Source: Felis catus
Taxonomy: Eukaryota
Reading direction: 5' to 3'
Length of the DNA: 64,000 nt
NCBI RefSeq assembly: GCF_018350175.1
Contig: NC_058368.1
Coordinates: 114,950,001-115,014,000 of the forward strand
This document shows positions 39,631-51,277 of this stretch, piece after piece; positions within the stretch are counted from its first letter, which is position 1, and each line of letters starts with the position of its first letter. Both the position numbers and the translations under genes were made by a program. Below the pieces are notes generated by a model. That model made no database searches and was not told the origin of the DNA. It saw only the letters and a list, made by a program, of their open reading frames with translations.

Positions 39631-40065
39631 TCTTCTGAGCACATTGGAGGCTGCATTCAGTCGCGGTTGTTAGACTCAACGCAGTGAGTCTGTAAAAGGC
39701 TCTAACATGCAGGAGCCTTTGACCAGTTTCCTGTTTTCTGTGTCCCAGGCTTTCTGAGTAAAATCATCCAGCAGGGTGAGTTATTTTTTCCTTAGGATAT
39801 TCCTCTCGAAAGCATTGGTTTCATTTTCTCTGTCTTCTCTGATTCCTCAATCAGTTTTGAATGTAAGTTATTAAATTTCGTCCTCCTTTAACTGCTCAGC
39901 TGGTTAATCAAAGCTTCAGTCTCTCCTTTCCGCAGCCGTTAGTTCTCTCGGTCTTAACTTGTTGATGGCAGATGGGCGGCTTGTTGCAGAGAAGAGCTCC
40001 TGGAGCAGCATGAGTGCATTTACTGAAAAGCTTTTCCGAGAAACGGCACAAGAATGGAATTGCTT
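39631..40065 (-). other. LRRTM2: LRRTM2 exon 1 5'UTR (TSS inferred ~40060-40065)
   Basis: Repeat-free sequence between the start codon and a minus-strand TATATA box at 40095-40090. The TSS is inferred 25-30 nt downstream of the TATA. Confidence 0.6.
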
Positions 40066-40087
40066 ATGTGCTGCGACCACACAGAAC

Positions 40088-40160
40088 TGTATATAGGCTG
40101 ACGTCACCGGGTGACGTGTCTTTTGTTTGGGTTTTCCAGAAGCTTTACTGTTATAAAGCA
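40088..40160. promoter_or_regulatory. LRRTM2 core promoter: full CRE + CRE-like site flanked by divergent TATA-like boxes
   Basis: TGACGTCA at 40099-40106 and TGACGTGT at 40112-40119. Minus-strand TATATA at 40095-40090 and plus-strand TATAAAG at 40152-40158. CpGs are locally retained. Confidence 0.8.
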
Positions 40161-41655
40161 CCGTGCTTTTTAACAGTATCGGGGTCGTTGTAAGACCCCT
40201 TGATTATAATAAAGCGAGAAAGAGAGCTCCTGACTTAAAAAACATGGTATTCCTGCAGTGTATGAAGCAGCAGTGAGGTTGTAATAAAGGCTGCATTCAG
40301 GAAGACCCATCTGAACAGTGAGTTGGGATAGCAGAGTGATGATTTTTAATGCTTGGAAGAACCAGTGTTAGACTGCCGATTCTGCAGAGAAGAGATCATC
40401 TAAATGGGCAGGAGCCTGCACGATTTATGAAGTGCAGATTTAACGCCAGCCTATGCAAGGTAGTGCCTGCTGCTCTGGTAGTTTGGAAAGCTACTCAGTC
40501 ACCTTGTTGTCATGCTTGGTTAAAATGGAAGTGTGACTGTGATTTGCTTTACGTGTGTTGGAAAACTACCCAGGTGGGCTTGGCTTCTTTGTCATTAAGA
40601 GCTTAACATCATAAACGAAGAATAAAGGGGGAAGGGAAGAGAAAAAGCTTACAAAACTAAGTATTTGGTTAGTTTGCTGGTTGAGAATTTAAGGGGAACT
40701 TGAATTAAAAAGATGGTCCTTCTTTGTCTCGTGTTACAACGTTTTAATCACAGTGCTGATTGAAAAATAATGCTAATTTGATCCTTACATGTCTTACTAG
40801 GAGAAAAGGTTAGGGTGATACTGTCATTTAATACTGTATGCCCTAAACATTAACAATGGAACAGAAGTGATTTAGGACAAGTGATAGAGCCTGGTTGGAT
40901 TCTGGTACAATCCAACCTCAGAATCTCACCTACTCCTTCACCTGAAAGCCTCAGCTAATGCTGAGCATGATTGGGGCATTGTGGCACCCAGATAACAGAG
41001 TATTTGCATACTTAAGAGCTTCTGCTGGCACACCTAAGAACTGACTTTGAGTTGCACACTAACTGTTGGAATCTCTGGTGAATACAGAAGGTCACTCATA
41101 CTTTGGACTAGGATTTTGCTTTGGCTGTTATTACTTGACCTGATGGTGTCTTCTCCCCGTTGAATAGTGTCATCACTGTTCAGAACTTGGTTTTGAAAAT
41201 TAAAGAACCATGATTAGTATAAATGTGAAGGATTTTTCTAGCATTAGTGAGAGTCCTATATTCAGGCCTGACAAACGTAATGCCTTTTACATATCGGACC
41301 TTATTAATTTGGCCTTCCATGGCAATTTCTGTCATAACCATTGGTGCTTAACCTTTGTGGGTCTTGTCTTAGAACTGGAGGCAAACATCTCAAAACTACC
41401 CTTGGTGTCTGTGAAACCAGAACATCACTGACCTGTGGGCTTCCAGGGGCTTCATCCCATTGGGCAGGAAGTCATTGTCTTAAGAGGCATAGTTTCTGTG
41501 TAGAAGGGTGCTACTGGAGTGAGGATTGGAAGAATACAAGGTCCTTTATTCTGAGCGCTGTGTAAAGGTGCTGTGAAAACAGCAGCACATGCTGGTGGAT
41601 AGTCTGAATTCTCCTAGAAGCAGACCCCAAGAAGGATTAGAATTATTAGAGTTTT

Positions 41656-41822
41656 GGGATGCCTGGGTGGCTCAGTTGGTTGAGCCTCCGACTCTTGGTT
41701 TCAGCTCAGGTCATGATTTCACGGTTCATGGGTTCAAGCCTTGTGTTGGGCTTTGCGCTGACAGTGTGGAGTCTGTTTAGGATTCTCTTTCTACCCCCCA
41801 TGTTCTCTCTCTCAAAAACAAA
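41656..41822 (+). mobile_element. Can-SINE
   Basis: gggatgcctgggtggctcagttggttgag head. Confidence 0.9.
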
Positions 41823-41899
41823 CTCTTAAAACCTTAATATTTCTCCGTCTCCATCTCCTTTTTTTTTTTTTTTTTAATTTGTAAAGTTCCTAGGAAGTA

Positions 41900-42180
41900 C
41901 AAAAGGAAAGAGAAGACCATATGAATACTCTGAAGGCCAGTGGCGTCTTCAGACCACAGGGCAAGTCTGACACCTCTGAAAGGAGAGAAGAAGGAAAGAT
42001 TTGACAGATAGTCTTAGACTACAGTGCATCCCTAGGCCAGAGAGAAGCTTCCAAGCCAAAGTTGCCCATGAATGGAACCCCACATTCCTTGGAACAGGCC
42101 TGCACTAGTACTCCCACCTTTTTCCTACATGCTGGTTAAGGAATGAAGGGAGGGAGAGATCCTCAAGGATGCCACTTGCC
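41900..42180. mobile_element. LTR16-like ERVL LTR fragment
   Basis: gtctgacacctctgaaaggagagaagaaggaa...agactacagtgca...gccaaagttgccc resembles LTR16 consensus motifs (from memory). Confidence 0.55.
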
Positions 42181-44715
42181 ACATTGACCATCTTTTCCAT
42201 AGTCTTGTCTGTCTATAGGCTAGTAATTCTTTACCTGGTTCTGTAGACTATTTGCAGAATTCTGTTGCTTGTGCATTTTTCTGTGAATAAGATTTAACCA
42301 CACTCTTAAAGGGTCTGTGATCCTAGGTTACAGAATTTCTGTTCCATAGGAACTTTCTTCCAAAACACCTAAGGAGGGGAGTCTGATAAGAGTAGTCTCT
42401 TAATTTCTTTTTAAAGGAAAACAAGCCCTTGGATATTATAAATGCCTTACTGAAGTCAGCTACTCTCTGATGGAAAACAAAAACAAAAACCTTTGCCAGG
42501 CCGGAGGAACTGGATTAAATTCTTTCGTGAAGTAACCACTTTACTTCCATGTGGAGAAAAGCATTAAAGTCAATTGGATTTGAGCGACCACAATTGGGAT
42601 TGAGTTGCATATGATAATTTAGAAGGAAAAGCATCTCCTTCCCCTTAGACTCTTGGTTCCTTTCTCCTCTCTAGTCTGCTTGCCTACCTCTTATATATTA
42701 ACAAATGGAAAATGCTTAAATTACATTATCCCAGCACTATTATACCAGATTTGTAGGCAAGGAAAATTGCTCAGAGAAGCACCTGTGCAATCAAGAGTAA
42801 TTATTTTTTGATGCATCTGGAGAAGTGCGCAGTATTGCACCGCAGAAGTAAGCAGTAATACAGTATCACAGGACCCAGAGAATTTGTTCTGGGTTACAGG
42901 TCATCTTGCTCACTTGCCTTCTCTTTGGATTCAGAAGGTTCAGTCTTTGGAACCAAAGAAGATACAGTGTCTTAAAAGTTGGTGGAGTACATAGTTCCCA
43001 TTGGTGGAATTTTGTATCATTTTTTAAAATCTTTATCTTTCTTTAGCTAAAAGGACTAAACAGAGACCCATGTTCTTTCTGAATTAAACCGTTGTTTGTT
43101 TGTTTTTGGTTTCATTTTAGAACAGTTTTACTCTCCACACATATGCCTTTGACTTAATTAAAGTGGCAGTACAACCTCTGCAAAGTACTAACCATAGCTG
43201 TTTAAATTTTCACTGCTTTAGTTATTGTTCATGACAAGGCAAAGGAGAAGTAAAATCTAACTTGTCTCTTCTCTTTGTGAATGGTTTTAAGCAAATTGAG
43301 TGAATCAAGTGGTAGGGCTTAGGTGCTGTAGTTACATGCATGAAAGCTACTCTATATGAAAGTTTGTTTTTAATATGAATTACTGATTAGAGAGAATTAT
43401 TTCTCAGCTTGGAGAAGCAGATGTACAGATATATACATGGAGTTTTCTGTTCTTTTGTAGGAGAGTGGAAGCTTAATTTTGCATTATGCTAAAAAGTGAA
43501 ATGTTTTTTAAATCATGCCCAAATCCAAAAATTGTAATAACTCTAGCACCCGTGGTGTTGCACAAAAGGTGCCCTGGAGAAGTAATGTTAAAATAAATCT
43601 TCTTGCTACAAGTCTTGATTGATAACTTGGAGAAACTCTTCATGTTTATCAAAAAGTAATAGTCACTTTTAGGGTGGAGGTCCTGGATTTTGTGGGTCTC
43701 AGTATGTCCCCTTGTAAGAACCTTTCAGTGTTCTTATTTGGCCGCCTCATATTTGGGCCTACCTTAGAGTAAGCGGGTTTTACTAGCCTTCTTTTGGAGA
43801 GAGGGAGGAAGGAAGATGAGAGAAGACTACAGTAAATCCTAGAGTTGTTCACTGCTTTCAAACCGTGTATATTTGAAGGCAGATATGTGACTGTTGATTC
43901 GCTGTTTTAAAAAAAAAGAAAAGAAAAAGAAAAATCATTGAGGTTGATGCTGAACATTAGCTTGTTATCTTCCCAAGAAACAAAGCATACCTGACAGAGG
44001 CAGATAGAGTTTGTAATGTAAGAATTGATGGCTTTACCAATCTATTGTATTGGATATTGTCTAAAGAGTAGTTGATAGTCACAGGTGGAGCCAGAGGATC
44101 TGAGAGCATTCAGAACACTAGGCTCCTACAGTGTTGGCACTCACTAGACCACTGTTGCATGTAAATAAACATGTGGGTGGTTGGACATCTTCCTTAAAAA
44201 AAAAAAAAAAAAAGCATTTTTAAAAACTAAGTTGTCCACATAAGGCCTCCAGAATCCCCCCCCCCCCCTTTTTTTACTAGATCTTTGTCCCTATCCCTGC
44301 CCTCCATTGATTTTGATTTTTAAAAGTCCTTTTGTTCTCTTAGTAAACATGATTGAGAAAGTAGTAAGAAGTAGTGGTGGCTTTGCTAGGGATGGTGAAC
44401 TGTGTTCCTTTTGATGCTGTAACTTAAAAAGTTCAGGATTTCTTCTAGCTTTGGAGGCATGTACTTTTTGATAGTTGTTGCTGTTGGGGGTGGCAGGGCT
44501 AGGATCATGTGACAGCCTAATTTTGTTGTGCTAGAGTTATGTTCTGTGCCCAGGGCTAGGTAATTCAGCAATAGATCTTTGGGTGATACACCTATGTTGG
44601 ACGTTAGGTGAGGGAAAATCTTCCGTAGAAGTTTGGGCACAGGTACATTTCAGCCATGAAGATCTTTTATTTTGTCTACCATAGACCTCAGACCAAATAG
44701 AGCTGATCTTAAAAT

Positions 44716-44745
44716 CTTTTTTTCTAAAGTTTACTTATTCATTTG

Positions 44746-44777
<32 letters not shown>

Positions 44778-44780
44778 AAG

Positions 44781-44828
<48 letters not shown>

Positions 44829-44981
44829 AGGAAGGGGCAGAAAAAGAGGGAGAATCTTAGGCAGGCTCTGTGCTGTTTGCACAGAGTCCATGCGGGCCTA
44901 GAACTCACAAAACCATGAGATCATGACCGGAGCTAAAATCAAGAGTTGGATGCTTAACCAACTGAGCCACCCAGGCGCCCC
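44716..44981 (-). mobile_element. Can-SINE with (TG)n(AG)n expansion
   Basis: TSD cttaaa(a/g)tctt. Confidence 0.92.
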
Positions 44982-45681
44982 TTAAAGTCTTGGTTAATGC
45001 ACAGACTGATTGAAATTTGTATTGCCAAACCCTTTTCTTATTCTTGTTCTGCCAGTGGCTACCTCGTGTTCATGTTTCCCTCTCCCTCTGTACGTGGCAG
45101 GCTTCATTTTTAAATTCTGAAATATGGCTAAGTTTGGATTTGTCCTTCCTGCTTCTCCCTCTGCATTTACAAGTAGTTTTCTGTTTAGATATGTTTCTCA
45201 TCCTACCCACATAGGTGGCCCACAGGTATACAAAAAGCCATTTGCATAGAGTAGAATTAAGAGTTAAGATATCCATTCATATTTTCTTGAAGAATCCCTT
45301 CCAATTTTAAAGGCTTTTTGACCCCATTGGGTAAATTTAAAAGGGTGAATTTGCATGTATATTGACTAGATGTTGGCAGTCTTCATTGCTGAACCTGGGA
45401 AATGTCATTCCCTTTAGAAGTCTGGAGTAGAAGGACAGCGACATGTGCCGAGACCAGCAAAAAATAAAAATAAAAAAAATAAAAAATTGAACATGTGATG
45501 TCATCAGTGCAAAGAAAATCAGTAACAAAAATTTGGTCCAAAGAGAACAAGATCATTTCTTATTCTGAGAGTCTTACAGTATGGCAACATTATAGCTGTG
45601 GTTGAGATTAACCCGTATTACTGAAATGGTTCTGCTAAGGCTTGACATCCTGTGGGAGTTGATTCTCTACTGCTGCTTCTT

Positions 45682-45726
<45 letters not shown>

Positions 45727-45745
45727 CAGAGAAACAGAGAGGGAG
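45682..45745 (+). repeat. (TG)n(AG)n microsatellite
   Basis: Directly visible. Confidence 0.92.
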
Positions 45746-45962
45746 AGTGTGAGATATGGGGTGTCTAATGGCTTCATAGTTTCCCCTTGTATGGCTCTTC
45801 TATAGTATATGGACATGTAGTTTGTTTTGAGCCTTTTGGCTTTTGCAGACAGTGTAAAATGAATACCCTTTTAATATCTTTGCATCCTTAGGCAAGATTT
45901 TATATAAATTCTGAACCAGAAAATCACTAGGTTATAGAGTGTGTCTATTTAAGATTGATAGT

Positions 45963-46200
45963 AGTGCCTGGGTGGCTCAGTTGGTTGAGCGTCTAACTTC
46001 GGCTCAGGTCATGATCTCACAGTTCATGGGTTCGTGCCCCGCATCAGGCTCTGTGCTGACAGCTCAGAGCCTGGAGCCTGCTTCAGATTCTGTGTCTCCC
46101 TCTCTCTGTGCCCCTCCCTGCTCATGCTCTGTCTCTCTCTCTCTGTCAAAAATAAATAAACATTAAAAATTTTTTTAAATAAATAAACATTAAAAAAATT
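45963..46200 (+). mobile_element. Can-SINE with duplicated tail
   Basis: Standard body; aaataaataaacattaaaaa occurs twice. Confidence 0.93.
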
Positions 46201-46604
46201 GTTTTTAATTTGATAGACATTACCACATTGCCTTCCGAAAAGTTTTAAACCATTTCATACTTCCCCCAGAAGTCTGTAAGTGTTCAGTAACCACCCCACC
46301 AACTCCTTCCCCACCCCCACAACATATTGTAAAATACCTGTGAATCTAATAGGTAAAAAAAGCTTTCTTTTCTTTGTTTCTCTTATGAGTAACAATGAGT
46401 ATCATGTTGTATATAGGTGTATTGTCATTTTGTTCCTTCATGTGGACTGTGTATTTCATTTGCTCATTCTCACTTGAAATTGGTCATTTTCTTAAAGATT
46501 TGTAAACTGTTCTTTTATTAAAGAAATTATTTTTTTCCCAGATATTTTATAAGTATTTCTTCCACTTATTGCCTTTTAAAAGTCTTTACTTTATATAGGT
46601 AATT

Positions 46605-46847
46605 TTATTTTTATGTATGTATGTATGTATGTATGTATGTATGTATGTTTTATTTATTTTTGAGACAGAGAGAGACAGAGCATGAACGGGGGAGAGTCAG
46701 AGAGAGAGGGAGACACAGAATCTGAAGCAGGCTCCAAGCTCTGAGCTGTCAGCACAGAGCCCGATGCGGGGCTCGAACTCACGGACTGTGAGATCATGAC
46801 CTGAGCCCAAGTCGGACGCTTAACCGACTGAGCCACCCAGGCGCCCC
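46605..46847 (-). mobile_element. SINEC_Fc with (TATG)n tail microsatellite
   Basis: TSD tataggtaatttta; (TATG)~9 at 46612-46648. Confidence 0.95.
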
Positions 46848-49800
46848 TATAGGTAATTTTAATGAATGGCAAAACTGATGAGAATCTTCCTTATATTAAA
46901 TAAAGCAAACACACCCTTGACATATTATGTTCAAGATCTAGTACCTGTTGGATGAGCATGAGATGTTGTAAAATTGTCAGTAAACAAAGATTCCCTGTTA
47001 ACACATTATCTTAATTAAGTAGGGCAAAGAAGATCAGAGCCCTTTAGAAAGTTTTTTAATTGTTGTTAATCAACATAGAAATCAGAAGAGTTCCATGATT
47101 TATCAACAGTTCTTAGCCTGATATTCCAAGATAATGAGCATGTTAAAATCCTTCTGAAATATCCTCACAGTTGGGTCATCTTATTCTTTTTTTCTGGGTT
47201 ATTAATAGTTTCAAAATTAAGGCCTTATTTTACGACTTTCATATACTTAGTTTTTGTATCTGTTTGCTTTAAATACTTGTTTGTACTTCTGTTAACTTTC
47301 TAACTTACAGCAGCTATTTAATGTGTAAATATTAGCATCTGTTTTAAGAAAAAAGAGATTAGAATATCTCAGCTACATGCATCAGTTTGTGCTGGACTGT
47401 TTTCGTATTGGCTCTCTAACTTTTCCCCATCCTAGATTTTGTCATATTTTTCTCCAGAAAGATAAAGGAATAGTTCACATTTGGTTCTGATCTCCCAGGA
47501 TTTGGTGGAATGGTGCCATAGATTCATTCACTGGAAGCACTGTAAAAGTTTTCACTCTGTTTTTCCCTGGAAGTGCTGTTTATTTTGTACTGTTACTTTT
47601 TAGGTTGAGTAGGCTTTTGTAGGCTCACCTGGGAACATTTGTCACATTATTTATAGGGATTAAAATGTACCTTGAGATGCCGCCAGCTGTGCCAGGGACA
47701 CATTTCATACCTTCCCGAATGGGAAGAGTTGGGCTAGAGCCCAACTAGAACTAGAGTTGAGAGGTTGTAGGGTATGGGTGAATAATTGTGGACATAGGCA
47801 CCAGTCACAACAGTGCGATAGTGTCATCTTTGGCAAAGGTAGGAGTGGTTTGGGGGGAGTTGTAAATTTGTTATAGGAGAAAAGATTACTTTGTGAGGCA
47901 AGGGTCTGGTCTTTGGAAGAAAAAAAAATGCTTGTTTTTTCACAGGTTACCACCAAAAATGGGGTAAAATCCTCCTGAAAGGTTCAGTTATTAATAATTT
48001 AAAAAAAAATCAGTGCCTGACTTAAATGTAATCTTGTGCATAACTTCCTCTTATTACTCTGACCCACTGTTAATTCATTTAGAACTCCTACCAGGCCCAG
48101 CACAATACAGAGTATTGCTGAATTATATGTTGTTCTGAATTATTTTAGCTCAGATTGTAAACTCTTTGAAAGAAGGATTGTGGCTAGTCCTGCCTACTCC
48201 AGTGGATACAAAGTAGGTGCTCTGTAAAAAGTGTGTCTAAATAAATAGAATTTATTATCTGGCCACGCAAAAGGCAGGTGGAGTGGCTTCTTTATGCTTC
48301 TGTTGAAGATGGATTTTGAAAGCCCTTTTGCTGTCCCAGCTAGAACTATGTTGCTAGAAGCCATCTAGCTAAGAAGTTTCTCTCCTCTGTTCAGCTGCTA
48401 TTAACTTGCTGAGGAGAACCTATATGTTGAAACCCCAAATATGCCTAATATTTTTTTCAGAAAGCCCTTTTGTCACTGGTTAGCAGGACAAATATGCCAA
48501 ATATGAATGAACCTAGGTAGCCTCTCTGCTTAGATGGAATAGAGTCTCTCAATTAGGTAGGAGTTGAGAATCATTTACTTTAAAGGTTAAATGAGCACCT
48601 TTACTTTGACATAGCTAAAACTAGAATTAAAAGATCCTAAGACTTTTAATTTCAAAGAGAAGTAAAATCTTGTTTTATAAATAAGCAACCTTTCCAATTT
48701 CATCAAGCTCATTTTTAAGGTTGTAAGTGTGTAGATGCGTGTGTACTTACCCCTATTTTAAATGATTGGAATTCTAAAGTTGCACGCGCGTGCGAGTGTG
48801 TGTGTTAGAGGGGTTTTGATTTAAAAGGTGGTCTGTCTAGTATAAGCTAAAAGCTTCAGTGAATAACTGCTTCTGAACTGTCCCTTCCTGATCAATGAGG
48901 CATAAACTTTTATTTCCTACAGTAACAAGAAAGACAAATTGATTTTTAAGGTAGTTTGACAAGTACAGATTTAACAGATTCATAGTCTGGGTTGCATCTT
49001 AAAGTAAATTTTGCTGTTGGCTGTAATTCCCCTCAAATCAAGTTTGAGGATTTGCTTTATGTAACTTGCAGAGTAAATCCTTCTGCACAAATTGAGGAAG
49101 TTTCTGGGGATTCGAGGTTACAAGGGGTTGGAGTTTTCATGAGGTCATTTAGCCCATCCTTTGGGTTTTAGATAGTCAATGTTTTCTGGAATAAATGATC
49201 TACTAGAAACATCCTAAAATGTGGCTAGGAAAAACGACAAACATGACTGGGAGAAGTTTTCTTGAAGTGTGCACTTGTGTGTCTAAGGAAGGTACTGAGA
49301 CTTTCCTCATTAAGGCATTAGTTATGAGGTCAATTTGATTTTTAAAAAATTCAGTTTTAGTCACCTTTGCCTTAGATCCTGCTCTTTTGATCTTTGAGAT
49401 TGTAACTAATTATATTTGTCAAGTTATTTTCTGACTGAAGGCTATGAGTAAATCACAGTTTATTCCTGCAGGTAGAAATTCTCATACTTCAATCAGTTTT
49501 GTTGAGATCCCCCCCCCCCCCCCCGTTGTTTTTTTTTTTTTTTTACTTATTAATATTACTGAACTACTTAACTTTATTGGCAATACAGTACTATTGGGGG
49601 AAAAGATAATGGATATGACCCTAGCCAGATTTGATAGTGAACGTACTAATTTAGCACTTGTGTTTCAACTCTCTGTATTCCTAAAATCCCGTCTTGTCAT
49701 CTTTTTGTCCTCTGTTACATAGCCTATATATCTTAACATTTCTTCTGTTTTCTCTTCTTACAACCAATGGAGATAGGGGCAGAGGGACAAGTGTCATTGT

Positions 49801-50796
49801 CCCCATTTAATAGATGTGGGATAAGAGAGAAAATGAGTTAGAAATGTACATAAAAGGCACTGAGAAAATATGAAACCACATCTCTCAATCCCAACTATTC
49901 ACCTGCTGTGCTGGCTTGTGTACTGATGGCATATCTATACCAGAATGCCTTGAGGACACCCAAAAGTAGAACAGTGGGTTAGATTCCTTTGTCCATTTGT
50001 ATCTATCTTGTGATTACTACATGTTTTATTTCACATTTGTTGGCTGGGTATTTAGTAAGGAAAAACTTTTAATATACTTTATAGTCTGACTCACCTGATG
50101 TCTTACCAAGATATTTCCAAGCACGTGGCTAGTCCTCCCTGGGGTAACTTAACTTTATTTCCTTTTCTTCCAGCTACTGTCTATTTTGGTACTGCTTAAA
50201 ATGTTCCCGGATGCAAATCTCAACCTCCTGAACCCTGGAGCAATGCCCATTTACATAACTGTCTCAGAGTGACTAATACATTCTTTCTGTGCAATACAAT
50301 TGGATTAAGCTTAGCCTAGAACTTAAAAATATATGGCTGAAGAAATCTTACAAAGCATTCTTGTTCGAGCTACATAATATACATTATTTACTCTGACCCG
50401 TCATGGTACATCTTAACTTTAAAATTCATTGTTTCACATTGTTTTGGTCCCAGGTGCCATTTTTCACATTTTAACATTGTTCAAATCTCAGAGTTCATCA
50501 AAATCAGGTGTAATCTCTTCTTGCTTGCAGTTCAAGGAGAGCTGGTTCTTTAATGAAATTGGTGTATGCTGAACCTTGAATTAAAATATTAAGTTTAATT
50601 TTTCAAGCAGAAGCATTTAAGTGAAAGTCATATCTCCTGGATTCTTTTATTTTGGTTAAAACTCCATCAATTCTCACCATCAGATAATGTGGAGCCTAAG
50701 AATTGTAAGGTTAGGTTTTTATGAACAAAGTCACATGGTTCTCCCCTGCCCTGCCCGCATTTATTTCCCAACTTTGGGCTAAAAGAAATTGCCTTT

Positions 50797-51033
50797 TTAT
50801 TTACTTTTTATTGTATTTTAAAAAAAAATTTTTTTTTAGTGTTTATTTTTGAGAGAGAGAGAGACAGCATGAGTGGGAGAGGAGCAGAGAGAGAGGGAGA
50901 CACAGAATCTGAAGCAGGCTGCAGGCTCCGAGCTCTCAGCACAGAGCCCGACGTGGGGCTTCAACTCACGGACCACGAGATCATGACCCCAGCCGAAGTC
51001 AGTTGCTCAACCGAAGAACCACCCAGGCGCCCC
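50797..51033 (-). mobile_element. SINEC_Fc
   Basis: TSD aagaaattgccttt (50783-50796 / 51034-51047). Confidence 0.95.
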
Positions 51034-51065
51034 AAGAAATTGCCTTTAAAAAAAAAAGTTGGTTT

Positions 51066-51277
51066 GGGGCACCTGGGTGCCTCAGTCGGTTGAGCGTCTG
51101 ACTTCGGGTCAGGTCGTGATCTCATGGTTTGTGGGTTTGAGCCCCGCGTCGGGCTCTGTGCTGACAGCTCAGAGCCTGGAGCCTGCTTAGGATTCTGTGT
51201 CTCCCTCTCTCTCTGCCCCTCCCCTGCTCGCGCTCTGTCTCTGTCTCTCAAAAATAAATAAATGTTAAACAAACAAA
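51066..51277 (+). mobile_element. SINEC_Fc immediately upstream of CTNNA1 exon 8
   Basis: ggggcacctggg head; tail ends ~50 nt before the acceptor. Confidence 0.95.
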
